Positions 49,151 to 60,111 of a stretch of 64,000 nucleotides of DNA are shown here, piece after piece. The notes under the pieces are model-generated. The model worked only from the letters and a program-made list of their open reading frames with translations, made no database searches and was not told the origin of the DNA. The number at the start of each line of letters is the position of its first letter. Position 1 is the first letter of the stretch. A program made the translations under genes and the position numbers. Origin of the DNA: Macrostomum lignano (lineage: Eukaryota); NCBI GenBank assembly GCA_002269645.1, contig NIVC01003065.1, positions 57,364 to 121,363 on the forward strand, read 5' to 3'.

Positions 49151-50109
49151 GAAGACCAGACCCCAACCAACCTACCTGACCGCCAGGCAAGGTGCCGAGC
49201 ACAGGCGTCGCTCCAGAAGTACCTGAAGCCAATAGAGTAGTCAAAGACTGAGGTTAGAGACCTGAATTCAGTCGGACCTGATTCTAATCTAATTGAAACT
49301 ACTAAGTCAGTGATGCTTGAAATAATGCATCACCAGAAGTAGCATGTACTCCAAAGAAGTATTAATTTTTTTCAACCCTAACTAATACCTGTTGGTTTTT
49401 CACCTGTTCTATTGTTAAATTTGTCGCACTAAAGCATTGGTTGTTTTTTTTTTTAATTTAATTGATACAATACCAGCTCACTAATTGGAGACTTGAAAAA
49501 ATAAAGTTCTTAAACTTTGATTTTGTAATCCAGTAATTTTTCCTTCTATTTTTCGTTCTAAATTCATAAGTAAATGCACATATTTTTTCAGTTTTCAGTT
49601 CCTATTTACGATACTACTTGCGCAAGTAGTTGCAAAATCAGTAGTAAAATGTCACTTAACTGTTCATTTTTGTATCGTATACAGTGAATAAAAATTTATT
49701 GTTCAACTTGTTTGCTATCGCTCTGCATTAATTGATGTTCATATTCTATTGTATAAGTTCCGTGTTTCACAGCTTCCCTCTTCCAACTACCTTTTGTCGC
49801 TCCCATATCCATTCGTTACATTTGTGAGCGGCTCCGTCAGAGCCTAATTGTGATTAAACTTTGATAAGGTATTTCTAAACTAAAGGAAAAAAATACCCAT
49901 AAGCAGTGTGTGTGTGCCTGTAAAACAGAAATTAATTTGTTGGCAAAAATTCTGTTAACAGACATGTCTGCCAGTGATTTAAAAGCTCCTTTGCCAGCTT
50001 GTTTGATTGTTTTTTTTTTATTGGTAGTATTTTAACCTTAACTGAATGTTAAATGATCTGCACAATAATTTCGATAACTTTTAAAAAGCTAAACCAAATA
50101 TTTTCTTTA

Positions 50110-50915
50110 AAACTGGCATCAGTGCGGCCCGCGAAGTCTCTCTATCCGGCCCTCGGGTCCTTTGCAACTTCACAATAGCAATGCGGCCCGCTTAAGGTTT
50201 GTGTCTCTTCTCAGTTCTCTCTCCTCTCTCCTCTCCCCTTCTCTCCTCTCCTCTCCTCTCCCCTCTGCTGTCCTCTCCTCTCCTCTCGTCTCCTCTCTCC
50301 CCTCTGCTGTCCTCTCTCTCCTCGCCTCTCCTCTCGTCTCGTCTCTCCCCCTTCTCTCCTCTCCCTTCTCCCCTCCCCTCTCCTCTCCTCTCATCTCCCC
50401 TTCTCTCATCTCCTCTCCCTTCTCTCCTCTCTCTTCCCTCCCTTCTCTCCTCTTCTCTCCTCTGCTGTCCTATCCTCTCCTCTCCCTTCTCTCCCCCTTT
50501 TTCCTCTCCCTTCTCCCCACTCTTCTCCTCCCCTCTCCTCCCCTCTCCTCTCCTCCCCTCTCCTCTCCTCTCCTCACCTCTCCTCTCCCCTTCTCTCATC
50601 TCCTCTCCCTTCTCTCCTCTCTCTTCCCTCCCTTCTCTCCTCCCCTCTCCTCTGCTGTCCTCTCCTCTCCTCTCCCTTCTCTCCTGTCCTTTCTCTCCTC
50701 TCCTCTCCTCTCCTCTCCTCACCTCTCCTCTCCTCTCCTCTCCCCTTCTCTCATCTCCTCTCCCTTCTCTCCTCTCTCTTCTATCTCCCTTCTATCCTTT
50801 CTATCCTATACTCTTCCCTATTCCATCTTCTCTCTCCTCTCCTCTGGCCCGCAGTCATGAGATAGGTTTTCCATTGGGCCTTTGAAATAAAAATATGTTG
50901 TCCCATCCCTGGTGT
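50110..50915 (-). mobile_element. hAT-type MITE copy with (CTCTC)n expansion
   Basis: The reverse complement of 50120-50215 matches 33360-33450 (GAGACACAA...ACCCGAGGGCCGGATAGAGAG..GGCCGCA). The other end is GTTGTCCCATCCCTG at ~50897. Confidence 0.6.
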
Positions 50916-51076
50916 AAACAAAGCAAAATAAAATAATAAATAAAGAGCCTATATTAGTATAAATTATATCCAGTGTTTCCTTAACAGGTTAGCTATATCC
51001 TTTCTAATGATTTGGTGTAGATCACCAAAAAATTATATTAAAACTTTAATGAATCGCTCAAACTTCTATTCTGCAG

Positions 51077-52384
51077 CGCTCCGCAACGCAGCCAAGCAGC
51101 GGCAAAGGACACTGCGGCAGCAGTGGCGCGAATGTCGGCGCCAGCGAACCAGCCGGTAGCAGCGGTGTAGCAGCCAACAGCAGAGTCGAGTTGGACGCCA
51201 GCAGTCCGTCTGTTCGTCTGAGCCACCGTCAGTCGCGCCTGTACGCCGATGCAGTCTCGGTGTTCCGTGCCCAGGGCCCGCTGACTGATACTAAACGCGA
51301 TTTGCTGCGAAGATTGCGCTCGCTATTAGGCGTGTCGGATGTCCGGCATCAGGTGGAGTGTCGTCGGGCTGTTGCCGATCCGGAGTTGGCCACCATTGCT
51401 GCTAGAACTGCCGTAGCTTCTACCAATCGAAGCCTACCTGTTCCGAACGAAGCCGATTGGGATGAAGAGGCTAGTCGAGCCGCTCCTCTTGTACATGTGG
51501 CAGCAACTGTTGCTTCAGCAAAGCAGCAAAAAAAGCCGGAGTTAACAGCAGACTCGCCGTCTGATTCGGCTGGCGCTGACGCCGCCGCAGGTCCAGCAGC
51601 TGAGCCGCCAACCACAACGCAGCAGGAAGTGCACCAGCTGCCAACGAGCAGTGCTACTCCCTCGTCTGCTCCTGCATCGCCTCCTGTCAACGATTTAATA
51701 TCTATACCGGATCCACTGCCGGCTATGTCATCAACAGCGTCTGTTCTACCATCGGCTGTAGCCAGTTTGAATCCGTCTGCTTACGCTTCAACTTTCACTT
51801 GGGCCTCAACTTCCGTTGATTCGTTCGGCTTACAAAAGTTGGATCATAATAATAGTACTAGTAGTAGTAGTAGTCACAATCGAGTGGCTGCAGCAAAATT
51901 GTTGAAAACTTCTACAACTGTTACAGCGGTAGCTAAATCGACAACGGTGCCTGCAACAGCGATGGCAGTCACTAGCAATGGTACTAACAGTAAGCCGAAT
52001 ACTGACCAGCGTAGGAAACAGCAGTTCCGCCGGGTGGCCTTATTGGTTGCTAATGACAACAGCAGTAGAGGAGGCCTAGGCTTTGCCAGTATTCAGCAAG
52101 AGGCCGACAGCACTGCAACAATCGCAGGTACTAAGCGGCCGTACAGTCGAATCAAATCCAGTATGGAGATGCTGTTGGAGTCTGATTCGGATGAAGAATT
52201 CACCGCAGATATTGACAAAGATCAGCGAGAAGACATCGACCAGCGGCACAGTTTAGTTAATGAGCAGCAGCAACAGCAGCAACAGCAGACAGTTGTAGTT
52301 GACCCTGCCGTCATATTGACTTCAGCGGCTGTGCGACAGAGTTTAACTAGACCAGTACCGTCAGGTGGAAAGGTTAGGCGCTAA
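51077..52384 (+). CDS. EMSY: ENT (EMSY N-terminal) domain protein, large exon
   Basis: ttctattctgcag acceptor, open to TAA at 52384. LYADAVSVFRAQGPLTDTKRDLLRRLRSLLGVSDVRHQVECRRAVADPELATIA...W..E..R..PL matches the EMSY ENT domain. There is no in-frame ATG upstream of ENT in this exon. Confidence 0.82.
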   Translation, partial: RSATQPSSGKGHCGSSGANVGASEPAGSSGVAANSRVELDASSPSVRLSHRQSRLYADAVSVFRAQGPLTDTKRDLLRRLRSLLGVSDVRHQVECRRAVADPELATIAARTAVASTNRSLPVPNEADWDEEASRAAPLVHVAATVASAKQQKKPELTADSPSDSAGADAAAGPAAEPPTTTQQEVHQLPTSSATPSSAPASPPVNDLISIPDPLPAMSSTASVLPSAVASLNPSAYASTFTWASTSVDSFGLQKLDHNNSTSSSSSHNRVAAAKLLKTSTTVTAVAKSTTVPATAMAVTSNGTNSKPNTDQRRKQQFRRVALLVANDNSSRGGLGFASIQQEADSTATIAGTKRPYSRIKSSMEMLLESDSDEEFTADIDKDQREDIDQRHSLVNEQQQQQQQQTVVVDPAVILTSAAVRQSLTRPVPSGGKVRR

Positions 52385-53395
52385 AATAGGCAGCTTTTAA
52401 ATAGTTGCTTTTTATAGACTATTTCACGTTGTTGGGAATTATGCCAGTCTTTAAAAGAGTATCTAAGAAACGAAGCCCCCCGTACTATACTTCTACTAAA
52501 GTCTGCAGTCTGTCCGTCCAATGTCCGGGAGTCTCGTTGTCTCTAACATCTCCAACCAAAGACTTGCTGCTTTGCCCAATCTATTGTCTCTGTCATGTCT
52601 CCTTTTTCTAGTCTGTTGTCTGTTTATCTAGCTACTAGCGTTATATCGGTGTGTCGCTAATTTATCTTGTTCGTTTATTTATTCTTGCTATCTTTATTGC
52701 GTTCCCCGCGAACGTGGTGTACTCTACAAGTAAGTACATTTTCGTTTTCTTTAAATAAAATCATTTTATTTCGATCTGTCGTCTGTGTCCACCTTCTGTT
52801 TCGATTTCTGTTATCTGTAGTTACAGCTAAACTGCTCAACCAAGGGCATATGTATATTTATAAATACATGAAATTCGTCGTTACAATTCCTTGAAATCAA
52901 AAGATTTTTTGGGAGAGCGCAAATGATTTGCTTAAATGTGCTATTCAAGTGTATTGTTGCATAAGCCAACATTGGGTATACAAAAAATTTTGTGTATTTG
53001 TTTTTATCGTTATATTGTATTTATATTTGTAAATTATAATCATTATAGCCAAAATTGTTAGGCAAAAAAACATGTACGAAACCGTTGGCCGCCGCATATC
53101 TGGGTCATTTTTATTGCTAATAAAAACCATTTGTACATTTGATGATTTCAACTCGCGAGTCACGAACATCCGCTTTGTAAGCAATTTTCGGTGAAGTATC
53201 TTGTTATTTATTTAGAATTCTTTAGTAGAGAAGTAGTTCTAGGCGTCTAGAGGTACAGTTAGGAAGTTTCTGCTACGATTACTATAGCCTTTGTAGTTAG
53301 TTTGAGCATAGAAGCAGCCATTCTAGAGTGGCAAAACTATATATTCCTTTTTTAAACCTTGGTTTCATTCTTATCATCGCAAAGCAATACAGATA

Positions 53396-53846
53396 CCACA
53401 GGTACTAAAATAACTAGATGGCCCACTCAGCACATTTGCGTGTAAGCTACTTTTAGTTCAGTAGTAAGTTAAACAAGCATTTTAATGTATTTTTAAAGCC
53501 ATTGGCTCTTACCCCCACCCCACCACCAGCTTAAACCCTCCAACCGCGCCTTTCCACACTACCCCCCGCTCCGCCCAACCCCAATTTTTATTGCCTTTCT
53601 CGGAATTCCAGCCTAAAGCGGCCATGTACATTTCAGTGGATTGGCTAATGTACATTATTGCTGAACCAATTAGCAAGCTGTTTACGCCTGCAAGCTTTGG
53701 GCTTCTAAACTTATCAAAGTCATTTCAGCTGTCTTTATTTGTAAAATAGCTTCTGTATTCTTCTTTGCTACTGAACTGATAGTAGAAAGCTGCTTTACTA
53801 AGTATATATGCCTGAGTGGCCCATCTAGCTATTTTAGTATCTGTGG
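53396..53846. mobile_element. MITE with ~35-bp terminal inverted repeats
   Basis: Left end CCACAGGTACTAAAATAACTAGATGGCCCACTCAG; right end CTGAGTGGCCCATCTAGCTATTTTAGTATCTGTGG. Confidence 0.8.
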
Positions 53847-54082
53847 CTCAGACAGACGGCAAAATGCTAAACTCAATTTTCATATATAGTTGCTTGTAAG
53901 GAAATTATGCTCAACGGCCTTTCAAATCGTTGACTACAAAAATCTTTGTATCCTTACTGTAGTTTGATTGATTCTATTTAAGAGCTTTAAGTTCACTTAA
54001 GAGATTAACCTAATCTAGAGGGATTATGGTTAATTAGGATGCGCGCTAAACTATTTTTGCCTTTCTACTTACCTTTCATTGC

Positions 54083-55222
54083 ATGCCGCTCAAGAGGAAC
54101 GCTAAGCGCTTATCGTCCTCAGGGGCGGCAGAAACAGTGGCGGCGAGATCAAAGAAATCGACACCAAAGTCGAGGTCGCAGTTGAAAGAGCAGCAAGAAT
54201 TATCTGTTGACGGCGATAACGCCGCAGAAAAAGATGATGGATTCTGTTCAGACGATGCTGTTGAACCTAGATTGATCAGCTCAGACTCTAGCAATGCAAA
54301 CGATTCGCATGAGTCTACATCTGGTTCCGTAATACTTGCCGCTAACAACTTAGCTGACAAAGCTGTGCAAACAGAGCTACTTTATTTTAGCAGCGACAAA
54401 GAATGGACAAATTGGTTTTATTATTGTTTTTTCATCATTGCATTGTTTGTCCTACCTTTATCGTTCTACTGGCTTCAAATTTATGACCAACCGGTTAATG
54501 AAATTAGTAGCAGTAGCAGCACCAGCGGCAGCTTCTTGCCTGCTTTCTGTCCTCCATCTTGCATTCGATCGGCAGTGCAGAGCAGACTGGCTGCCGAGTT
54601 TCCCGCCCAGTCCGAACTTCTCTGGCCGACAATTTCCGCCTGTCTGATCCGCCAGTTCGGCTCGCCACCGCCTGTGGACGCTCCGTCTGTGCTGCTGCTT
54701 TTTATCAGCGGCGTAGATGACAGCAATCATAAAGGAAATCTGACGCTGAGTTTCTTGTTAGGCCGGCTGTCTCGTCTGCTGGCCAGTGGCATTGATGACT
54801 GCAACTGCGGCGCTGTGTTGTCAATTGGTGATTCTGCTAAATGCAGCGATGTCAGCTCCAAAAGTGCCACCACCGAGTCAATTGACGCGGCAGCTACCGA
54901 GGCGGTGACATCAAAGAGAAGCTGTCTGGCTATTCGCCAAATTGACCAGCTGACCGGGCCGGCCTCTTTGATCTTCTATCGCCTTGCCGACTCGACCGAA
55001 GCTCCGCACAGACCGTTTCTGTACGTTCTGACTGTGGAGGGCGACGCTGGAGGCGAGAAGGTCGTCGACGAGACGAGCTTGCAGCGTCAGTTGCGTCAGA
55101 CTTGGGTGTCAAGCGGCCTTCAGAATGAGCACTTTGATCCGTTGTGGGCTCGCATTGGCGGCAATGTGGTGGCTGTGCTTCCAGAGTCTGATGACACCTT
55201 GATGCGACTCGCTCGCAACTGA
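54083..55222 (+). CDS. TOR1AIP: Torsin-1A-interacting protein (LAP1/LULL1 family), paralogue 1, 379 aa
   Basis: Basic/Ser-rich N-terminus and a single TM (WFYYCFFIIALFVLPLSFYW). The luminal domain has EFPAQS.LW, ASLIFYRLAD..EAP....YVLTV and LWARIGGNVVAVLPE, versus LAP1/LULL1 FPGQS..W, STLIFYKYCD..NA....LVLTV and LWSRISHLVLPV. Confidence 0.85.
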   Translation: MPLKRNAKRLSSSGAAETVAARSKKSTPKSRSQLKEQQELSVDGDNAAEKDDGFCSDDAVEPRLISSDSSNANDSHESTSGSVILAANNLADKAVQTELLYFSSDKEWTNWFYYCFFIIALFVLPLSFYWLQIYDQPVNEISSSSSTSGSFLPAFCPPSCIRSAVQSRLAAEFPAQSELLWPTISACLIRQFGSPPPVDAPSVLLLFISGVDDSNHKGNLTLSFLLGRLSRLLASGIDDCNCGAVLSIGDSAKCSDVSSKSATTESIDAAATEAVTSKRSCLAIRQIDQLTGPASLIFYRLADSTEAPHRPFLYVLTVEGDAGGEKVVDETSLQRQLRQTWVSSGLQNEHFDPLWARIGGNVVAVLPESDDTLMRLARN

Positions 55223-55750
55223 TATCTCGGCTGATTTTTTTCATTTTTTCTTCAAAAGTAGTCACTATGTAGAGTGACTATCAAACTTATGAAGTGCCTT
55301 TTCTTTTATCAATAGACCCGGGGTCTCGCATGCACCTGCGACTTGTCTTGTGACTATCAGATTCCTTGTTATATATTCGAATGTATACGAGTATCTATGA
55401 TCTTTAATTACATTTCCATGGTAAAATCCACTGAATGTGAATCATCACTCGCTATCATTTACTTATTGTATTCCACTGCACAGTAAACCCGGTTCGCAAT
55501 TGAACGTTTATTCAGATTGTTTTTTTTGAAATTTTTATTTCAATTGCACTTGTAAGTCAAGGATAGCTAGAGTATTCCCTCAGCAGACAAATAATTCTGA
55601 AATAATTTCTGCTTGGCCCTAGTAGTTGATACAAGTAGTTGATGCAATTTACAGAAAGCAGTTTAGAATACCTTGCAGTTAAGTCTACTTAATGTTTTTC
55701 TGTTGCGCTTTTCAGTTAATCAAGTTTTCCTAATTTTCTGCCTTGAACAG

Positions 55751-58015
55751 ATGGCTTCAACAGAATCATCGTGTCAACAGTCAGATCTGGTTGAGAAAAC
55801 TGAGACTGAAGCGAAGACTGAGGCTGAAGCGAATCTAGACCAGGTAGAGAAGACTGAGGCTGAAGCGAAGACTGAGGCTGAAGCGAAGCCAGATCAGGAA
55901 GAGATGACCGAGGCTGAAGCGAAGCCAGATCAGGAAGAGATGACTGAGGCTGAAGCGAAGCCAGATCAGGAAGAGAAGACTGAAGCTGAAGCGAAGCCAG
56001 ATCAGGAAGAGAAGACTGAAGCTGAAGCGAAGACTGAAGCTGAAGCGAAGTCAGATCAGGAAGAGAAGACCGAGGCTGAAGCGAAGACTGAGGCTGAAGC
56101 GAAGTCAGATCAGGAAGAGAAGAACGAGGCTGAAGCTATGACTGAGGCTGAAGCGAAGCCAGATCAGGAAGAGAAGAACGAGGCTGAAGCGAAGACTGAG
56201 GCTGAAGCGAAGCCAGATCAGGAAGAGAAGACCGAGGCTGAAGCGAAGACTGAGGCTGAAGCGAAGCCAGATCAGGAAGAGAAGAACGAGGCTGAAGCGA
56301 AGACTGAGGCTGAAGCGAAGCCAGATCAGGAAGAGATGACCGAGGCTGAAGCGAAGCCAGATCAGGAAGAGATGACCGAGGCTGAAGCGAAGCCAGATCA
56401 GGAAGAGATGACCGAGGCTGAAGCGAAGCCAGATCAGGAAGAGAAGACTGAGGCTAATGCGAAGACTGGGGCTGAAGCGAAGACTGAGGCTGAAGCGAAG
56501 ACTGAGGCTGAAGCGAAGACTGAGGCTGAAGAGAAGCCTGAGGCTGGAGTGAGGCCAGATCAGGAAGAGAAGACCAAGGCTGAAGCGAAGACTGGGGCTG
56601 AAGCGAAGCCAGATCAGAAAGAGAAGTCTGAGGCTGAAGCGAATACTGAGACTGAAGCGAAGACTGAGGCTGAAGCGAAGACCGAGGCTGAAGCGAAGAC
56701 TGGAGCTGAAGCGACGACTGAGACTGAAGCGAAGTCAGATCAGGAAGAGAAGACCGAGGCTGAAGCGAAGACTGGGGCTGAAGCGAAGCCAGATCAGAAA
56801 GAGAAGACTGAGGCTGAAGCGAAGCCAGATCAGAAAGAGAAGACTGAGGCTAAAGCGAAGACTGAGCCTGAAGCGAAGACTGAGGCTGAAGCGAAGACTG
56901 AGGCTGAAGCGAAGCCAGATCAAGAAGAGAAGACTGAGGCTGAAGCGAAGACTGAGGCTGAGGCGAAGACTGAGGCTGAAGCGAAGACTGAGGCCGAAGC
57001 GAAGCCATATCACGTAGAGAAGACCGCCTCTGAAACGCAAATTAGACAAAGAAAAAAAGAGGATTCTAAAATGCAACCAGAACAGGATAACGCAGACGAT
57101 GCTAAGGCGCAACAACAGCACAACCAGAAAGACGAATCTGAGTTGCAACTTCAGCAAGAAAGGAACAACGGCTCTAAAATTTATCGCCTACTTAAAACGG
57201 ATCTAAAATTTAGCATGATTGTCCTTGTACTCGTTTTTACTCCTATCGTGTATCTTGGATATTCTTGGACAACTGGCAGCAGAAATAACACAATTAGTAA
57301 TTCGACTGCCAACAGCGGCAGTTCACTGCCTGCCTTCTGTCCTGCATCCTGTATTCGAGAAGCAGTTGAGAACAGACTCGCTGCCGAGTTTCCCGCCCAG
57401 ACCGAACTTCTCTGGCCGACAATTGCATCTTGCCTGATCCGCCAGTTCGGCTCGCCACCGCCTGTGGAAGCTCCATCGGTGGTGCTGCTTTTCAACGGGG
57501 CCGGAGACATGAGTTCGGCAACGAAGAGAACTTTGGACTTGCTGATAAACCGCCTGTACGGCTTGCTTGCTTCTGGCATCGGTGAATGCAACTGCCGCTC
57601 CATGACGGCTCCTGATGCTGCCGGCTGCAGCGAAGTCGACGCCAAGACGGCCGCCACCACTGAAGCGATTGACGCGGCAGCCACCGAGGCGGTGACATCA
57701 AAGAGAAGCTGTCTGGCGATTCGCCGCATTGACCAGCTGACCGGACCGGCCTCTTTGATCTTCTATCGCCTTGCCGACTCGACCGAAGCTCCGCACAGAC
57801 CGTTTCTGTACATTCTGACCGTGGAGGGCGACGCTGGAGGCGAGGAGGTCGTCGACGAGACGAGCTTGCAGCGTCAGTTGCGTCAGACTTGGGTGTCAAG
57901 CGGCCTTCAGAATGAGCAGTTTGATCCTTTGTGGGCTCGCATTGGTGGCAACGTGGTGCAAGTAGAGTCCGAGTCTGAAGCCACTTTGCAGCGGCTGTCA
58001 AAGCCTTTGTTATAG
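55751..58015 (+). CDS. TOR1AIP: LAP1/LULL1-family paralogue 2 with long Glu/Ala/Lys repeat N-terminus (~754 aa)
   Basis: ATG lies directly after a ttgaacag acceptor. 18/36-bp EAEAKT / EAEAKPDQEE(K/M)T repeats span 55790-57010, followed by TM FSMIVLVLVFTPIVYLGY and the same luminal domain with LWARI. Confidence 0.85.
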   Translation: MASTESSCQQSDLVEKTETEAKTEAEANLDQVEKTEAEAKTEAEAKPDQEEMTEAEAKPDQEEMTEAEAKPDQEEKTEAEAKPDQEEKTEAEAKTEAEAKSDQEEKTEAEAKTEAEAKSDQEEKNEAEAMTEAEAKPDQEEKNEAEAKTEAEAKPDQEEKTEAEAKTEAEAKPDQEEKNEAEAKTEAEAKPDQEEMTEAEAKPDQEEMTEAEAKPDQEEMTEAEAKPDQEEKTEANAKTGAEAKTEAEAKTEAEAKTEAEEKPEAGVRPDQEEKTKAEAKTGAEAKPDQKEKSEAEANTETEAKTEAEAKTEAEAKTGAEATTETEAKSDQEEKTEAEAKTGAEAKPDQKEKTEAEAKPDQKEKTEAKAKTEPEAKTEAEAKTEAEAKPDQEEKTEAEAKTEAEAKTEAEAKTEAEAKPYHVEKTASETQIRQRKKEDSKMQPEQDNADDAKAQQQHNQKDESELQLQQERNNGSKIYRLLKTDLKFSMIVLVLVFTPIVYLGYSWTTGSRNNTISNSTANSGSSLPAFCPASCIREAVENRLAAEFPAQTELLWPTIASCLIRQFGSPPPVEAPSVVLLFNGAGDMSSATKRTLDLLINRLYGLLASGIGECNCRSMTAPDAAGCSEVDAKTAATTEAIDAAATEAVTSKRSCLAIRRIDQLTGPASLIFYRLADSTEAPHRPFLYILTVEGDAGGEEVVDETSLQRQLRQTWVSSGLQNEQFDPLWARIGGNVVQVESESEATLQRLSKPLL

Positions 58016-58391
58016 AATATAGAAACAACGAGTCCAATAATGATTTAGAACAGGATTTGATTTGGCTGTTATAAGTTCTTAATTAGATGATAAATCTTTT
58101 CATACGTTTCAGAAACTTTTTACTTAAGTACCTTGGTACCAACGCTAAGTCTTGAATATGAAATGCTCTGCTGTTGTAATGCTGATAATAGTTGCTTCCC
58201 TGAAGTTAAGTATGTCAAAAATTACTGTAACGATTGACAACATTTTTTCAAATCATTAGTCACTTCTAATGATTTCCAATTTTAATCAAGCTAAGCTTTT
58301 ATCTATTTTCAGTAAATTGTTGTATTTTTGTGAATTAACAAGTTCTATAGTTTGTGTTGCTTTTTCTCAGGCAAACAGTATACTTTTAGCC

Positions 58392-58680
58392 GGGGTTGTA
58401 GCCTAGTGGTCGGAGCGTCGGATTCACGACTTGAAGGTTGGGGGTTCGATTCCCGATCCCAATGGAACAATTTTTGTCCTTGAGCAAGACAATTTAACTC
58501 TGCATTGCTTCAGTTCACCTCAGCTGTAAAATGGGTGCCAGCATTAGCTGGGTTAATTGAGGCTGTCTGGCGACCCTCCAGTCCTTGGAATGAACAGCCG
58601 TACGCAACGTTCAGATGCGCCGCGCAATAGCGCAATGGGTGCAAGTGTAATCCATTATTGTTAATATTATTATATATTTA
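58392..58680 (+). mobile_element. tRNA-derived CORE-like SINE (copy 2)
   Basis: A and B boxes, CCTTGAGCAAGACAATTTAACTC...CAGCTGTAAAATGGG, AT-rich tail; colinear with 27658. Confidence 0.85.
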
Positions 58681-59361
58681 AGTTCAAAGATTCGTTCGCG
58701 TCGTTCTTTCCTTTTGCCTCCCCTTAATCGTTGCTTGATTAGTAGGGCAGCGTTGCTAATGTGATTCATTTTATTAGCCGAACTACGAATCAAAAATAGA
58801 TTTTATTTAGTTCTTTTTTATATTTGAGAAGTACACAGATCTACTTTTAAAACTCAATAACAAAATTCGCGCTCGCTTTTCACTACTGCTTAAGTAGTAT
58901 AAATCAGTAGACACGTAAGTACACTTTCATCGCTGTTTTTTCTTCGAATCGACCTGGTGATAGTTTTTAAATTTTTATAGGATAAATTATTTTGCCAATT
59001 TTTTGAGAATGTCGAACCGTATGATTCGCTGTGCAATTATGGCCAATGCTTTAGTATAAAATATACTTTGTGGGATTTATTATTAATTAGCTATTATCTA
59101 TAGTTTTGCATTCATTTTCTTTCTACGAAACGCTTCTGTCAGCAGAATAGGTTACATTCTGTTCTTTTAAACACGTGCGTTCTTAGATAGAAGTCTAGGA
59201 ATATTTTTGGGGTGTTCGACAATTTCTGACACTTTTAATACCAGACGAAAAACAGAACAATCTACAGTGATAACTCGATAAATGCAATATCGTACATTTT
59301 GGCCATTCTGTAAAAATTGACGGGAATCAAAAAGCAATACTAGTTTTCAAAGCATCGGTGC

Positions 59362-59880
59362 AGAGGATGCTCAAGCCGTGGGAGAAGTGAGTTGCTACAG
59401 GTGAAGAGGATGCTCAAGCCGTGGGAGAAGTGAGTTGCTACAGGTGGAGAGGATGCTCAAGCCGTGGGAGAAGTGAGTTGCTACAGGTGAAGAGGATGCT
59501 CAAGCCGTGGGAGAAGTGAGTTGCTACAGGTGGAGAGGATGCTCAAGCCGTGGGAGAAGTGAGTTGCTACAGGTGGAGAGGATGCTCAAGCAGTGGGAGA
59601 AGTGAGTTGCTACAGGTGGAGAGGATGCTCAAGCCGTGGAGAAGTGAGTTGCTACAGGTGGAGAGGATGCTCAAGCCGTGGGAGAAGTGAGTTGCTACAG
59701 GTGGAGAGGATGCTCAAGCCGTGGGAGAAGTGAGTTGCTACAGGTGGAGAGGATGCTCAAGCCGTGGAGAAGTGAGTTGCTACAGGTGAAGAGGATGCTC
59801 AAGCCGTGGGAGAAGTGACTTGCTACAGGTGGAGAGGATGCTCAAGCCGTGGGAAAAGTGAGTTGCTACAGGTGGAGACT
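59362..59880. repeat. 43-bp minisatellite (~12 units)
   Basis: Unit GAGGATGCTCAAGCCGTGGGAGAAGTGAGTTGCTACAGGTGGA. Confidence 0.95.
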
Positions 59881-60111
59881 GTGTCGGGAAGGCTGCCTTG
59901 AAGGGTGATGATGAGGACTCAAGGCAGCAATTTGTTTCTAAAGGTACAAATCATTGCTTTTTATATTCTTTGTCACTGTCACTGTAAGAATTTAAACTGT
60001 CAGAACTTTCCGGACACTCTCTTCCGGGTCTCGCTGTCAATCTCTTAAAATTTAACTTCTATAACACACTTTATAGACCGCTGTTAACTGGTTTTTGTCA
60101 AGAAAAATCCA

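Noticed and set aside
55673-55750. N-terminal extension of paralogue 2 given by the ORF track
   Set aside because: It starts at TTG and is a polypyrimidine tract ending in an AG acceptor; the ATG at 55751 is the better start.
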